Positions 13,191 through 27,506 of a stretch of DNA of 64,000 bases are shown in pieces (positions within the stretch are counted from its first letter, which is position 1; every line of letters starts with the position of its first letter). The stretch comes from the human T2T-CHM13v2.0 reference genome, Homo sapiens. The stretch lies in NCBI RefSeq assembly GCF_009914755.1, contig NC_060933.1. One strand, given 5' to 3'. Under the pieces are notes generated by a model, which did not search any database, had not been told where the DNA came from, and saw only the letters and a program-made list of their open reading frames with translations. The position numbers and the translations under genes were made by a program.

Positions 13191-14669
13191 GATAGTTACG
13201 TACACCTTTAATTTCTAGATCATTTCTCTGCCAACCATCCTTCTTCAACAGGAATAAGGCCACCATGCTACTTCAATTCTTTCTGATTTTCTATAATCTC
13301 AATTTCTCTCCCTCTCTCTCTCAGTATCTACAGTGGATATTTATTGTTTATGGGCAACAAATGATCTAAATACCCATCCTATTTCAGAGAAATCCCAGCA
13401 GAGCCCCACAAGCCCCAGTAAAAAGACCCCAACAAGTAGCACTCTGCCTGGGCCCTTAGCAGGAAGAGAATTATGCAAAGCTGCAGACAAGACAGGGCTA
13501 AGCTGCAGTGTCTTTTCTGACTGTTCCTGTGACTGGGCATGCCTGCAGCGCCAATTGCCTAGCTTCTCTGGAATACTGCCTATATTTTTTTATCCTTGTT
13601 CCCACCTTTCCCAATAATTTTTGTGAGCTAAACTAATAGCTTTCCCATAAATTCCTTTTTTAATTAATTAATTAATTAGTATGGAAGTTAATTAGAATTG
13701 GTTTCTGTTTGCAGCCAAGTACATTGAATGATACATTCTCATTTTCTCTGCAACTTAAAAGAAATCTGCTCTCTTTCTCTCTGCCTGTCTTTCAGAGTTA
13801 TTTACACAAACACACAACCTCAATAAGGAATAAGTGAGAAAATCGTCACAAAGGGTAGACTTATGGTAAGAAGTGTAGGATAAAACCAGAGGTGGGTTTA
13901 TTATGTAAAATTCATACATATTTAATAAATAAAATACATTTCCATGGCTTTTGTTACAGGTGTGTAACTAATCTGTATTGAAGCTTTCTAGTAGCTAAAG
14001 TGATGATCAGAACACAATTTGTTACACAATTCTGTACCTAAAGAAGAAAAATAAACCAGTAGTTCCAGGAAGGCATAGCTGATGCTGGCACCAAAGAACT
14101 ATTTCTTCCATGGGTCCTTCTAAAGAGGGCACAATATGAGAAAATGAACAACATCCTGAAAAATATCTACACGGCAAATACAATACGGTTTCATAAGTCC
14201 ACAGATGAATAAGACTAAAGCTAAGTGCAACACTTTTACCAAGGCATGATGCAGATCACTTGTATGAAGACTTAATCAATAGCTGCCAGTTACTGAGCTC
14301 CATGGTTGCCTGGCTTAATTTAGGACTAAATTGGAAAGAGTAAACCTTCAGGCAGCTCTCATTTAATAAGGTATGTGTTTCCCAGCGAATCTTTTGAAGG
14401 GTACTGAGGTGCATTAAATTGCAGATTATACTCTCTGACAAGTACCTAGTGTGCAGCTGTTAAGTTTTTTTCTTCTTAATTGCAAATTCATATGCTTTAA
14501 CAGCTGACTGAGCTAGGGTTAGGGCTGACATTTTTGTAAGATGTTAAGAACCTGAGGAGGCAATCTGCTTGAAGAGAAAACCAACCCAGCAATTATCAGA
14601 GATGAATCAAGAGAGTACCTATGAAGTGGAACAAATACTTTTTCTTAAAAGATAAAATTCTGGTTACTA

Positions 14670-15200
14670 CCATGTTCATAATGACATTATCACAATAGCC
14701 AAAATGTAGAAGCAACCCAAGTGTCTATTGAAAGATAAATGGATAAAAACACTGTGGTATATACACACACACACACACAGAAATATTATTCAGCCTTAAA
14801 AAGGAAGGAAATTTTGACACATGCCTCAGCACAGATAAACCTTGAAGACATTAAGTGAAATTAGCCAGTCTTCCCCCCTGCCCCCTACTCCCCCCACCAA
14901 AAAAAAAAAAACAAATATTGTGTGATTCCTCTTAGATGAGGTTCCTACAGTAGTCAAATTCACAGAGACAGAAGGTAGAATGGTGGTCACCATAGGCTGG
15001 TGGGAGTGGGGAGTAGAAAATTCATGCTTAATGGATACAGAGTTTCAGTTGGGGAAGATAAAATGCTTCTGGAGGTGGATGGTGGTGATGGTTGCACAAC
15101 AATGTCAGTGGACTTAATGCCACTGGCTGTACACTTAAAAATGACTAAAATGGTACATTTTATGCTATGTATGTTTTATCACAATTTACAAAATGAAAAA
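14670..15200 (+). mobile_element. L1MB-type LINE 3' end
   Basis: Contains cacaatagccaaaa, gcaacccaagtgtc, ggatacagagtttcagtt and gatggtggtgatggttgcacaacaatg. Confidence 0.85.
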
Positions 15201-18200
15201 AGTACATTAGGAACACTCCAAAAAAGGATGAATGGCTCCAAAGTTTGATACCATTAATGCCTAGCCACAATAATTTTAATTTGAAAAGCTTTAAAAGTAG
15301 GCATTGCCAAACACCCACCTTGGCCATAAAAAAAAAATCCCAATAAATCTCCCATGTTTAGAACGTCTGATTTTGAGCAATGCAGTTTCCTGGTGAACCC
15401 TCCAAAGTAAACTGACTCTAAAGCACACATTTGGGTAAATGAATGTATTAGCCTGTTGCCTCATGTTGTTCAGAAAAGCCAGTTGGGGCCATTATCTTAT
15501 TAATCCCTACAATAATCCAGGATGATTCGGGCCCATTTTGCAGATGAGCAAACCAAGACTCAGAAGATCAAATGGCTTTCTTAAAGTTGCATAGCTAGTG
15601 AGGAGAGGATCTTGGATTTGAACCAACCCTCCCCAAAACATGTTCCCATAGGCTATAGGAGGGCCTCTCTCCTTTATCTTCTATTGCACCTCATGAATCC
15701 TCAAGCAGTGAAAACGCCACTCTGGTTTCCCTTTTCTGGGTTTTACAGGCTATGTGGAACTAGTACAAAACAACTAGAAAGGCTTTATTTTTAACTAAAG
15801 GCTGCCTGCCCTACCTCTGCCAAAACCTTCACAACTTGTACAGAGGGTGAGTTTAGGGACAGGAAATGTGTGTATCTCCTTTATCACTTCATTTCATTAC
15901 GTGTCCTCATTGGTAAATATTACTGAAAATCTACCATCAGACTGGCCTGAGAACTGGGGGCTTAAAACAATGAGCAGAGAAAATATTTGGTAAACTTGAG
16001 TAAGAAAATCTCCTTTGATTTTCCAGTGTCTATCCTCAAGCTTGTGAGCACAGGCTCAGTTCAGAAAAGCCCTAAGCAGGCCACCTCCCACAATTCTTAG
16101 GGGAAGTGTAACTCGATCATCCAGTTATACATCCTATCCCTGCTCCTCTCTAGTCCTCGCTAATTGCTCCTCATTACATACTTCAAGAATTCCTTTCTGT
16201 CTGGGATGTGTGTTCAGAAAACACATTGTGTTTTGTCTTCTCGTGGGCTCATTAGCATTTGCTGAAGGAAGCAGCAGAGCTTGGAGCCCTCTGATCTCCT
16301 AGAAAGGCCGGACGCTCGTTTGTTTGCCTCACTGAATTTCCTCTACTCTGTTTGCTTTCTCTGTTTGGACACCTCAACTTCATCAGGAGCTAGGGGCAGC
16401 CATCCTGGGATTGGATAAAAAGTATTTCTTTTCTCTTTGTTCAGGTACCTTGTACTTTGGCAGCCTGAAAGAGTGCTTGCTGAGTGTGCTAAAAGCTCAA
16501 TTTATGTTGCTTTTTCCTTTTTGCATTGCTTCAGTGCAAGCTGTATTTTATGAAGGTTCGGTGGCATTTTCCAAAGTAGAAAGTAAGCACTCTCCCTGTA
16601 TTCTTTATATATATAATCTGAGCACCTCTGAATTTTTAACACAATGTCTTCTGCCCCATTGGTGCATGCAATATTTATTAACCAACTGCAAGTTTCTATT
16701 TCACCAACTTTTTGATTGATTTCCTCTTGATGGTCACTAGAGACATAAATAACTATGTGATTCAAGCTTTTTGTTTGCCCATATCTTTTTTCTAGACATG
16801 TCTTTTTGCTTTGGCCCTGCTGCTCTTTCCACAACAATACCGTACAGTTCAGTGCTGTTAAGAGTTGCTAGGTTGGATCACATTTAAGGGGAGAGTACCG
16901 TCCCCAGGAATGTTTCAAAGACCTTTGGAAAAACATGTGTTGGCAAGAGTAATAATGAGCAGAAAGTCAGGAACCCAAGGTGTATATGCATGATTCCCCC
17001 ATCAGTATCCTTGGGGAGGTTACTTCCCTTCTCTGCCTCTCAGTTGTGCCAGCTCTAAAATGAAAATATTTTACCAGATCACATCCTGTAATTCTTTCTT
17101 CATTTTGTCTCATCAACTGTTTGTTGGTTTGGAGCTACAGAGATGAGATGAATTTTGTTGATATACAAATTGAAGAAAGCTGGATTTGATCTTCATTTAG
17201 CCTTGCTTTCCTCCCACCACCCCCAACAAATGGTTGCTTGGAACCACCTCCTTTAACTCAGCCAACATTTTTATTGACCACGAATGAAAAGTTCTTTGAG
17301 CTCCACCTGGATTTGTGACTTCCCCTCTCCACCCTCCACCTCCTAGACTCTCCTGGCTCTGGATCACTGCCCTTTCTCTTGTAAGACATATCCTCTGCTT
17401 TTCCTCCTGTGGAAATTAGTCTTATTCCTTCTGCAGTGTTCATTTTACTCTATTCAATAGCAAAAATCTTACCTATGTTTCTCTGAAAGATCTTTACAAT
17501 GCAGAGAGTAGGATATAAAGATAAAACTTAAAGTAAATTATTATGAGCCTCTGATATTAATCACATGACTCCAGAAATAGACTCTCTTTTTAGAGAAAAG
17601 TGGACCTGCCATAATTGCACCACTTGCCTTGGCTTGGAGGTTGCCATTTTGGACAGCAATGTGAGTTTCCTTTCTTCTTTTTTTCCGCCTATGTGAATAA
17701 GGAAATGCCAGAGACCTTCCCACCCCCTCAGTCAACCCAGTACTCCCTGTTCAGGTGCTTCTGCCAACTAATTAACACCTCCTTTGCAAGCTGTAAATTG
17801 GACGGCAGATGCGCATAAATGTAGAGCCCAGTGGGGAGTCTCATGCTTTCTATATACGTATATTTCATGAAAGGCAGGAAGTGAAATCAAGTAGGCTGAT
17901 GGGAAATGCATTTTGCCAAAATGGCCACCCCCATATTCTTACATATATTTATGTTATTTTAACACAAAATAAATTTCTCATGTCTTTGGAGGAGAGGCCC
18001 ATTTTTGTTTTTTCAGACATAACCCAATGGGCTCTCAAAACTCTGGGAAAATCATTAAACATCTTTGGGTAGCACTAGGATGGTACTAGAGATGCAGGCA
18101 CATTTGCATGTTTACATCGGGTCTGTTAAACATTATCCTTCCAACCCTCCAAGGACCAGGGTCTTGATTATTAAATCCCTGCCTCTAGTCTCAATCTGCT

Positions 18201-19457
18201 CCAACTATCCTAATTTTTACTGCCAGTGTTCTGTCTATAAACAAAATAGCATCAAGCTGCTTACAGTTTAAAATTGTTTTATGCTTCTCCAGATCTCATA
18301 GGATATATTCAAAATAATTTAGTGGGGGTCCATAGCCCCTGAGGCTCTGTTTCCTCCCTACCTTTCTCTCCTCCCACCCATGCACATCGTTCATACCAGC
18401 AAGACTGAATAACTTGTCATTCCCCGCACAGGTGATCTTTCACGCCTCTACATTCTAGATCTGACCCTTCCCCATCTCACTTTAGAAGCTACAATTCTTA
18501 CTTTCTACAAAGAACTTGAAATTTTTTTTTCTTTAACCTGCAATTCAATTCATTTAATTCAATTCAACAAAGCCTACTGAGTACCTTTTCTGTGCCAAAC
18601 ACTGCTATGCTCAGGAGATATGATGATAAATAAGTCATAAAGTCTCTCTCTGAGGAGTTCACAACATAGTGGAGTAGGGGAGACATCAGTAAATGACTAC
18701 AATAAATTTCAGCAGAGTCTCCCCGAGGACATGCTTGAAGGCCTGTGGCAGCAAAAAATAACTTATTCTTTAGGAATGGTGGCTGGGGTTGGGGAAGGCA
18801 AAGGTGCCAGGGAAAGGTTTCAGAGGGGAGATGGACACTGGCGTGAGTCTACTGCTCTATTTGCTTTGGCTTCATGCTTCCTGGTGTCTGGTAGGCAGCT
18901 CTGCCTAAAACAGAAGGAAAACAACAAAGAGCTGGATAAACCAAGTCACATGGGATGGACCCTGAATGCAGAGGATATTAAGTATCATGGATATTGAAAG
19001 ATATGAAAAAATAATCTCCATATTATGTCAAAAATTGACCAACTTTACTTTAAATAGCACTTGTCTTCCTCTCTGAGGGGGAAATGTGGGGGTTTTTTTG
19101 TACATACACACAGCAATAGCTATAGTAAATTGTTCAACATGCCCTGTTGTGTGTGTAAGCAAAAGTGTAGAGATTTGAAACCTATTGCTGAAAGAATTTT
19201 AGCCAAAATTTCAGAAAATTTTGGACTTCTAAGTAATTTGTGAATGATGGAATAGGTAGGGGACAGCAAGTCTAAAGGGGGGTACATTTAAGTCTCCACT
19301 TCCTTCTTACTCAGAAGCAAGTGATGACCTTAACCACAGTGTCCAAGGGAATCGCCTCTCTGTGGTGTGGTCAGTATCTCTGTAGTGTAGGCAGGTTGGT
19401 TACTACTGTGATGTCCACTTATTGACTCAGGTGCTGGTCTTTTTCTCTACATTTCAT

Positions 19458-19615
19458 CCCCAAAGTGTGGTTCCAGATCAGCAGTGTCAGCATGGCCTGG
19501 GAGCTTGTTAGAAATGCAGAACCTCAGGCCCCACCTCAGACCTACTGAATTGGAATGTGTATTTTATTAGGATCCTTCTCTAATTCAGTGCACATTAAAG
19601 TTTGATAATCACTGT
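19458..19615. mobile_element. MER5A
   Basis: caaagtgtggt...cctgggagcttgttagaaatgcaga...cagacctactgaat...agtttga. Confidence 0.85.
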
Positions 19616-21695
19616 GTTAACCGCATTCAAACTTCACAACATCCCTACGGGGTTCTCAGCTCTTAACCTCAGGTTTGAAGTACACAAGAAATGCCTGATA
19701 AAATCTCTTGCAGTGTACACATTCATGTGTGTAAAGCATGATAGTTAAAAGAGGTGCCCCAGATTGTATTCACTGGCATTCTCTCCCCATCACATATGTG
19801 TAACGCACACACTTCGAGAAGTAAATCAATAAAAAACATTTTCCCCATTAAAACTTCTTCCCTTCTTTTCTGATCCTTCCCCAACATGCACACAAGCACA
19901 CGCGTGTGAGCGCATGCACACACGCACACACAACTTATTGCCAACTTTTAAATGACAATTATTAAGCCAGTGGGCAGAGAAAGGGACATCTGTCAAAGGG
20001 ATCCATGATTTGTCTTGGAAAAATAAAGAAAAGTTAAATTACTGTACACGAGTTATTCTGAGTAAAGAAGCCAAGTTAGCCCTCACTCTTTTATTGTTAC
20101 TTCTTTTTTCTTTTAAATGTTACCTGACCAAAAGGATGAAATTGCCAAGCTACTGCTTACTACACTGATCAAAGTAAGCAGTGACCAGGAAAGGAGCAGC
20201 AGCCACCAAATACTTCTTCCTTAAGCCCAATGGTACTTGGCTTCTAAACTCTATTTAGATAGAAAAGGTAATACAGTATATATAGAATGTAAAGAGCCTA
20301 ACCCATTAGCAGCAAATGTTATTCCTTCCCTGTCTCAAAATCTCTCTTCCTGTCTTTAATTCTTAAAGCACTTTATTTATTTATTTATTCATTCATACAT
20401 TCATTCCTTTTGAAGGGGAGAACTAAATACTGAGGAACTATTGGGAGAAGGAAGACTATAAGCTGTGCTTAGAAAAATGAAAAGTGCCTGTTCTATAGAT
20501 ACTCAATAAGTGTTTGTTAAATTTTGAATGAAATAATTAAACAGCAATACCCTGGAAGGTTGCCTAAGCAGTACTGACTACCCCAATCAATGACAGTCCT
20601 CAGATCAGATTGTCCTTCCTTCAAGGAATGTTGACCTCACAAAGGGATTTTGGTTGACCACCAAAAGAACACAGACCTGCAGTGTTCAGGATAGAGAGTT
20701 AGATTACTGCAGTACTACTTGAACAAAGCCAAAATTTGCAGAGCTATTTGAGGGAACTAGAAGCTTCCATAAAGATCTTCAGATGAAGACTGAGATCTTT
20801 AAAACTTTATTTTAAAAAATGCAGAGACAACAGTCAACACCTGAATCAAGAAGCAGACACCACAGTACAAACCAAACGGCATGATGACAAAGATATTGAC
20901 TGCACCAACAGCAAGGCTGTTTCCTTACCTCCCTGCTTATGGTCATCAGTTGCTTCTCAGTAAGGGGAAAGACTTAACTATATCTCCCTTTCTATTGGTT
21001 GCCACCTGTGCATACAAATATACAACAAATTGCATAGAATTATTATCATAGGTTGTAGGCTCACTCTTTCTTAAAACATTTGCTTTCTCATTTGTCATAA
21101 AGTCTCGAGTTAAAAAACCCTGTCAGGTACTGTGTAGAGAAATTCAGTCTGTGTGGGCCCTGTGTGAGTTATACTTCTGAGACCCACAATGTGTCAAGGA
21201 GGCATCCAGCCTCTCACCACCTGTAAGTATCTGTCCTGAAGAAACCTATTTATTTTTGGCCATGCTACCTGTTAACCAAATACAGACAGTCTTTGAATTG
21301 AACTTTTCCAAGATGCAAAATTCCATTTTTGATTAAAATGAGCTAAGGGAAAATATATTGAAGAGAACAGAAAGAATTCTGTCATAGGCAAATTTGAGAA
21401 TAACCCATTGACAATTGTAGGGGTAAAAGATATAGAAAATGGAAAGTAAACCACAAAGGCTAAAACGCAGGTACATATTTTATAATGATATAACAGGACT
21501 TTGCCTATTATTCAACTTACAGAAAAGAAAATCTTACTTGTATTTTTGCAGCCTCTTCTGTGTCCCTTGAAGCCCCTATATTCTTCCCATTCCTCCCAAG
21601 GTACCTACAAGCCTGAATTTCATGAGTATTATCCCTTTGCTTTCCCTATCCCTTTACCACATTTGTATCCTTAAATGGGATTGTATTAAAAAAAA

Positions 21696-22042
21696 CAGTC
21701 CCCAACTTACAATAGTTCAACTTGGGGATTTTCGACTTCACGATGATGCTTTCTGCCGTGTATGTTAATGGTGAGTACCCATACAATCATTCTGTTTTTC
21801 ACTTTCAGCACAGCATTTAATAAGTTACATGAATATTTAACACTTTATCATAAAATAGGCCTAGTGTTAGTTGACTTTGCACAACTACAGGCTAATGTAA
21901 GTGTTCTGAGCATGTTTAAAGCAGGCTAGGCTAAGCTAAGATGTTTGGTAGGTTAGGTGTACTAAATGAATTTTTGATGTATATTTTCAGCTTACAATGG
22001 ATTTATCAGAGTGTAATCCTATCATAAGCTGAGGAGCATCTC
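21696..22042 (-). mobile_element. MER47/Tigger5-type MITE
   Basis: Contains aggctaggctaagcta, gtttggtaggttaggtgta and taagctgaggagcatct; homologous to 4427-4760. Confidence 0.75.
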
Positions 22043-22173
22043 TATATTCATTGTGATTGACTTGGTTTTTCAATAAAGTGTATTCCTGAGACCAATTTCT
22101 GTTGTGTGTAACCATAACTCATCGCTTGATGCTAAATAATATTCCTTTATATGAATATTTTCCAACTAATATA

Positions 22174-24863
22174 CAGGTTGAACACTTCTAATATGAAATC
22201 CAAAGTTCAAAATGCACCAAATTCCAAAACATTTTGAGCACAACACAATGACATAAGTGGAAAATTCCACACATGACCTCATGTGATCGGCCACATCCTT
22301 AAGCCAGGTGCACAAAACACAATTTATTCCACATTCCTAAGAGAATAAAGGCTCTCCCTTCCTACTTCAGCTGCAATATATCTTTTCTGCACATGCCCAG
22401 ACTCCCCTATGTCAGCACACTCACAAAGGCTAATAAAATGGCACATACACATATGCAGGCGGGACATGCCAATGCTAGGTTCCACATGATGCCCTACGTG
22501 GGGCCAAGACCTATGTGCATTACTCACTTTTTGTTGTTGTTGTTGTTATTATTGTTTTTGCTTATTTTCTGCTTTCTGGTATAAAGATGTGGAAAATGTC
22601 AAAAATGTCTGCAGATATCCCTATGGGTAACAATGATAAGAAAAAGAGGAAGTGTTTATGTTTATCTACAGCACAGAAAGCCAAGTTGCTGGAGAAAATA
22701 TGCAGCAGTGTAAGCCTGAAACATCTTACAGAAGAGTATAGTTTTGGAATGACCACTATATATGACCTGAAGAACAGAAGAATAAACTGTTGAAGTTCTG
22801 TGCTGAAAGTGATGTATGGAGGTTAGTGAAAAACAGATAAATACTGCATAAAGCTGAAACTGAAGATCTTGGTCCTATATTAAAATAATGGATCAGTGTC
22901 ACAATGAACGTATACCATTTAATAGTATGTTGATTATGAAATAAGCATAGATCTATCACAGTGAACTGAAAATTGAAGGGAACGGTGACTATTCAACAGG
23001 CTGGTTGCAGAAATTTAAGAAAAGACATAGCATTAAATCTGTAAAGACTTGTGATAAAGCAACTGCTGATCACAAAGTGGACAAATTCATTGATGGGTTT
23101 GCCAAGATTATCACTGATGTAAATGATGCCAGAACAAGTATATGATGTGAATGAAACATCACTCTGTTGTTGTAACTGCCCCAAAAAGACATAGACTATA
23201 TCTGATGAGACAGCCCCGACGTGAACTAATGATACCAAAGATAGAATGACTGTGCTGGAGTGTGCTAATGCAACAGGCACACCGAAGTGTAAACTTGCTG
23301 TGTCGGGCGAAAACTTAGATCCTCCCTGTTTTCAAAGAGTGAATTTCATACCAGTTCATTATTGTATTATGCTAACAAAAAGGCATATACTTCCAAGAAC
23401 ATCTTTTCTGTTTGGTTTCACAGACATTTTGTACCAGTGGCTCATGTTCACTGCAGGGAAGCCAGACTAGATGACAACTGCAAGCTTTTATTATTACTGG
23501 ACAACCATTCTGTTCATCCTTCAGCTGAAATTCTCATCAAAATAATGTTAATGCCATGTACTTTCACTCCAATGTGATTTCATTAATTCAGCCATGTGAC
23601 CAAGTTCTCTTAGATCAATGAAGTAAATATAAAAACACTTTCCTCAACGGTAGGCTAACAGCAGTGAACAGAGAAACATGAGTGTGAAAGGTTTTCAAAA
23701 GGAGTTTGACGTGAAGGATGCTTTATATGCTGTTGTCAATGCCTGGAACACAGTGATTAAAGACACAGTTGGACATGCCTGGCACAAATTCTGGCCTGGA
23801 ACCATATTCAGTGATGATGACCAAGATGGTAACTTTGAAGGATTTCATATGTCAAGTGAGAAAAAAAATGATGTATGACTTCCTTGCATATGCAAAAAAA
23901 TATACCTTCAGAGTTCATCGGTAAACTGGGAGAAGCAAATATTGAGGAAGTGTTTCATATCAACAATGAAGCTCCAGTTGTTCATTGACCAATGGTGAAA
24001 GAGCTGAAATGATTCTGAATCAAGGAGATCGTGGTAAATAGTGATGATAAAGTCTACATTGTCATCAGAAAAAGTGCCTGTAGATGACATGGTGAAAATG
24101 TGTGATGGGGCTTTTGAAGGACTAGGGCAGAATGCATTCATAACAAAACAAGAAATCGTGTCAGTGTATAAAATCTAAGAAAAGGCTTCTAAGATAAAGC
24201 CTTGTTAATGAGGCAGATGACTTTGGAGGAAATAGTTTAAAAAAACCATTCACTGGAATGCCTTCTCATCCCTAGGTATTTATTTCCTGATCCCTCAACT
24301 GTTTCTGATGTTTTTTTCTCACCTGAAAAAATAAAATACAATGTACAATAACCTTTTATTCAAAACACACCATCATAGGTGGAGACTGAAAGCCTGTCAT
24401 TGTTGTTAGCATTGTTTAACAGCTCATACAGGTATTTTGGTGATGCTACTAGGCTGCTTAGTTACCCTGAACACATTATTTTTTCACTGTATTAATGGCA
24501 TGTCTTACTTTTTGCTGTTAAGTGCTTATGTGTGAAAAAGTATGAAAAATGATCGCTTATTGGTAGCATATCAGTTGAGAGTCAGCCATGATGGTGATGT
24601 GAGATAGTGACACTATGATTTCCGCTGGTCCAATATACACAAGCTTTGTTATATGCACAAAATTATTTAAGATATTGTATAAAACTTCCTTCAGGTTATG
24701 TATATAAGGAGTATGTGAAACATAAATGAATTTTGTGTTCAAATTTGGATCTAATTTCCAAGCTATCTCGTTATGTATATGCAAATATTCCAAAATCTGA
24801 AAAGAATCTGAAATCTAAAACACTTCTGGTTCCAAACATTTCAGATAAAGAATACTCAACCTG
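22174..24863 (+). mobile_element. Near full-length Tigger4/Zombi-like TcMar DNA transposon (~2.69 kb)
   Basis: TA-CAGGTTGA...TCAACCTG-TA terminal inverted repeats with TA TSDs, enclosing pogo-family transposase remnants. Confidence 0.88.
22596..24240 (+). pseudogene. Disrupted Tigger transposase (CENP-B-type HTH + DDE_1)
   Basis: Fragments KKKRKCLCLSTAQKAKLLEK, GWLQKFKKRH, MTVLECANATG, LLLLDNHSVHP and DALYAVVNAWNTV lie in different frames with stops. Confidence 0.85.
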
Positions 24864-25118
24864 TATCAGTTTTGATGGTGATGATCAGATGGTTTGTTTC
24901 TGAGTTTTTTATTATTACAAAAATATTGCTCTGAGTATTCTTTGTCTCTTGGTCATATGTGAAAGAGTTTCTCTAGGATATAAAATGAGTAGAATTGCTG
25001 GGTAATGTTGTGTGTGCATATTTAATTTTACTAGGCACTGCCAGTTGTACCTATTTACACTGCTACCAGAAAAGTATAAGTGTTCTGGTTGCTTCATATT
25101 TGCACCAACATGATATTA

Positions 25119-25720
<602 letters not shown>

Positions 25721-27208
25721 TAGTACACGTACATTTTTTTAAATCAATCTAACATCTGTGAAATGTTATCTCATTTTGATTTAAATTTGCATTTCCTTAA
25801 AATACAATGAGGCTGAGCATCTTTTCATAAATGTATTGCCCATTCAAGTTTTCTTTTCTCATAAGTGCTTATTCAAGACTTTTGCCCATTTTTGGGCAAA
25901 CGAGTTATTTCCTTTCTTAGTGATTTATGGTTTTTCATAAATTCTGAATACTATCATTTTGTTAGTTTTAATGCTGCAAATAATTTCTTCTTGTTTGTAG
26001 TTTGTCTTTTTGCTCTCTTTAGGAGCCTGGAAATATACGTAATATTAAATTGAATGAAGTCAGATTTATCTTCTTTATGGTTTGCACTATTTCATTTTAA
26101 GAAACTCTTAAATATCTTAGTGTCACAAAGACACTCCCCTTTATCTAAGGATTTGCCCTTCACATTTAAATCTGGCTGAGATTTATTTATTTTTAATGTG
26201 TGGAGTGAGATAGGGATCCAATTTTAATTATTTCCATGTGTATAACCAATTGTCTCAGCATATTTTATTGAATTCCATTTTTTCCTCCACTGATCTGATT
26301 TGTTACAAACGTTTTCACATATGTGTGGGTCTGTTTTTTGGCTTTTTGTTCAATTCCATTGGTTACTCGCCTGTGATGATGTCACATTATGTTGTAATAT
26401 TCTTCATATTTGTGAGGGTCAGTAATCACTGTTCCAAACAACTTCTCCTTTCTCTCTTCTTTCTCTCTGTCTTCTTCTCATCTTCCTATTCCTTCTACTT
26501 TTTCTTTCCCTTCTGCTTCAAAGTTCTATTTTTTTCTTTTGCCAAGTTAAGCCCTCTTCCCTTACCTACACGTATAAAGACTTGTTGGTATTTTAAAATT
26601 CAGATTGTATTAAATATATAGATCAATTTAGTAATAACAGGCAGCTTTATGATTTTGAGTGCTCCAATCCATAAATGTAGTATTTATTTCCATTCATTTA
26701 GATCATATTAAATCAATTAATAAAATTAGTATTTTTCTTCATTAAAATCTTTTCCATATTCAGTTAGATTTATTTTTAGGCACTTAAAGTTTTTTAAACA
26801 TATCATTGCAAACAATCTTTTATAAAATTACATTTTCTAACTAATCATGCCAGTTAGTACAAATGCAACAAATTTATTTACATTGATTTTGAATCCAAGA
26901 ACACTGATAAACTTACTAATTTTAAAATTTTCTAAGTATGTTCTTTTAGGTTTTCTAGGAATATTCTAATGTCATCTGAAAATAATGAAGTCGATTTATG
27001 CTTTTCTAAGCTGAACCCTATGCCTTAAAAAAACAACCACCACAACAATTCAGCATCAGAGGGTAGAGTTAATCATGCTCTTCTGTTCATAGCATGCTAC
27101 TATCATTGGTCTCACAAAGCCCTTCTCTTATTTATTGACTTATTTATTCCCTTTATCTTTATCCCATACTCTACTGCTACTTGCCTTTTCCCTATAGATA
27201 CCATTTAA

Positions 27209-27506
<298 letters not shown>

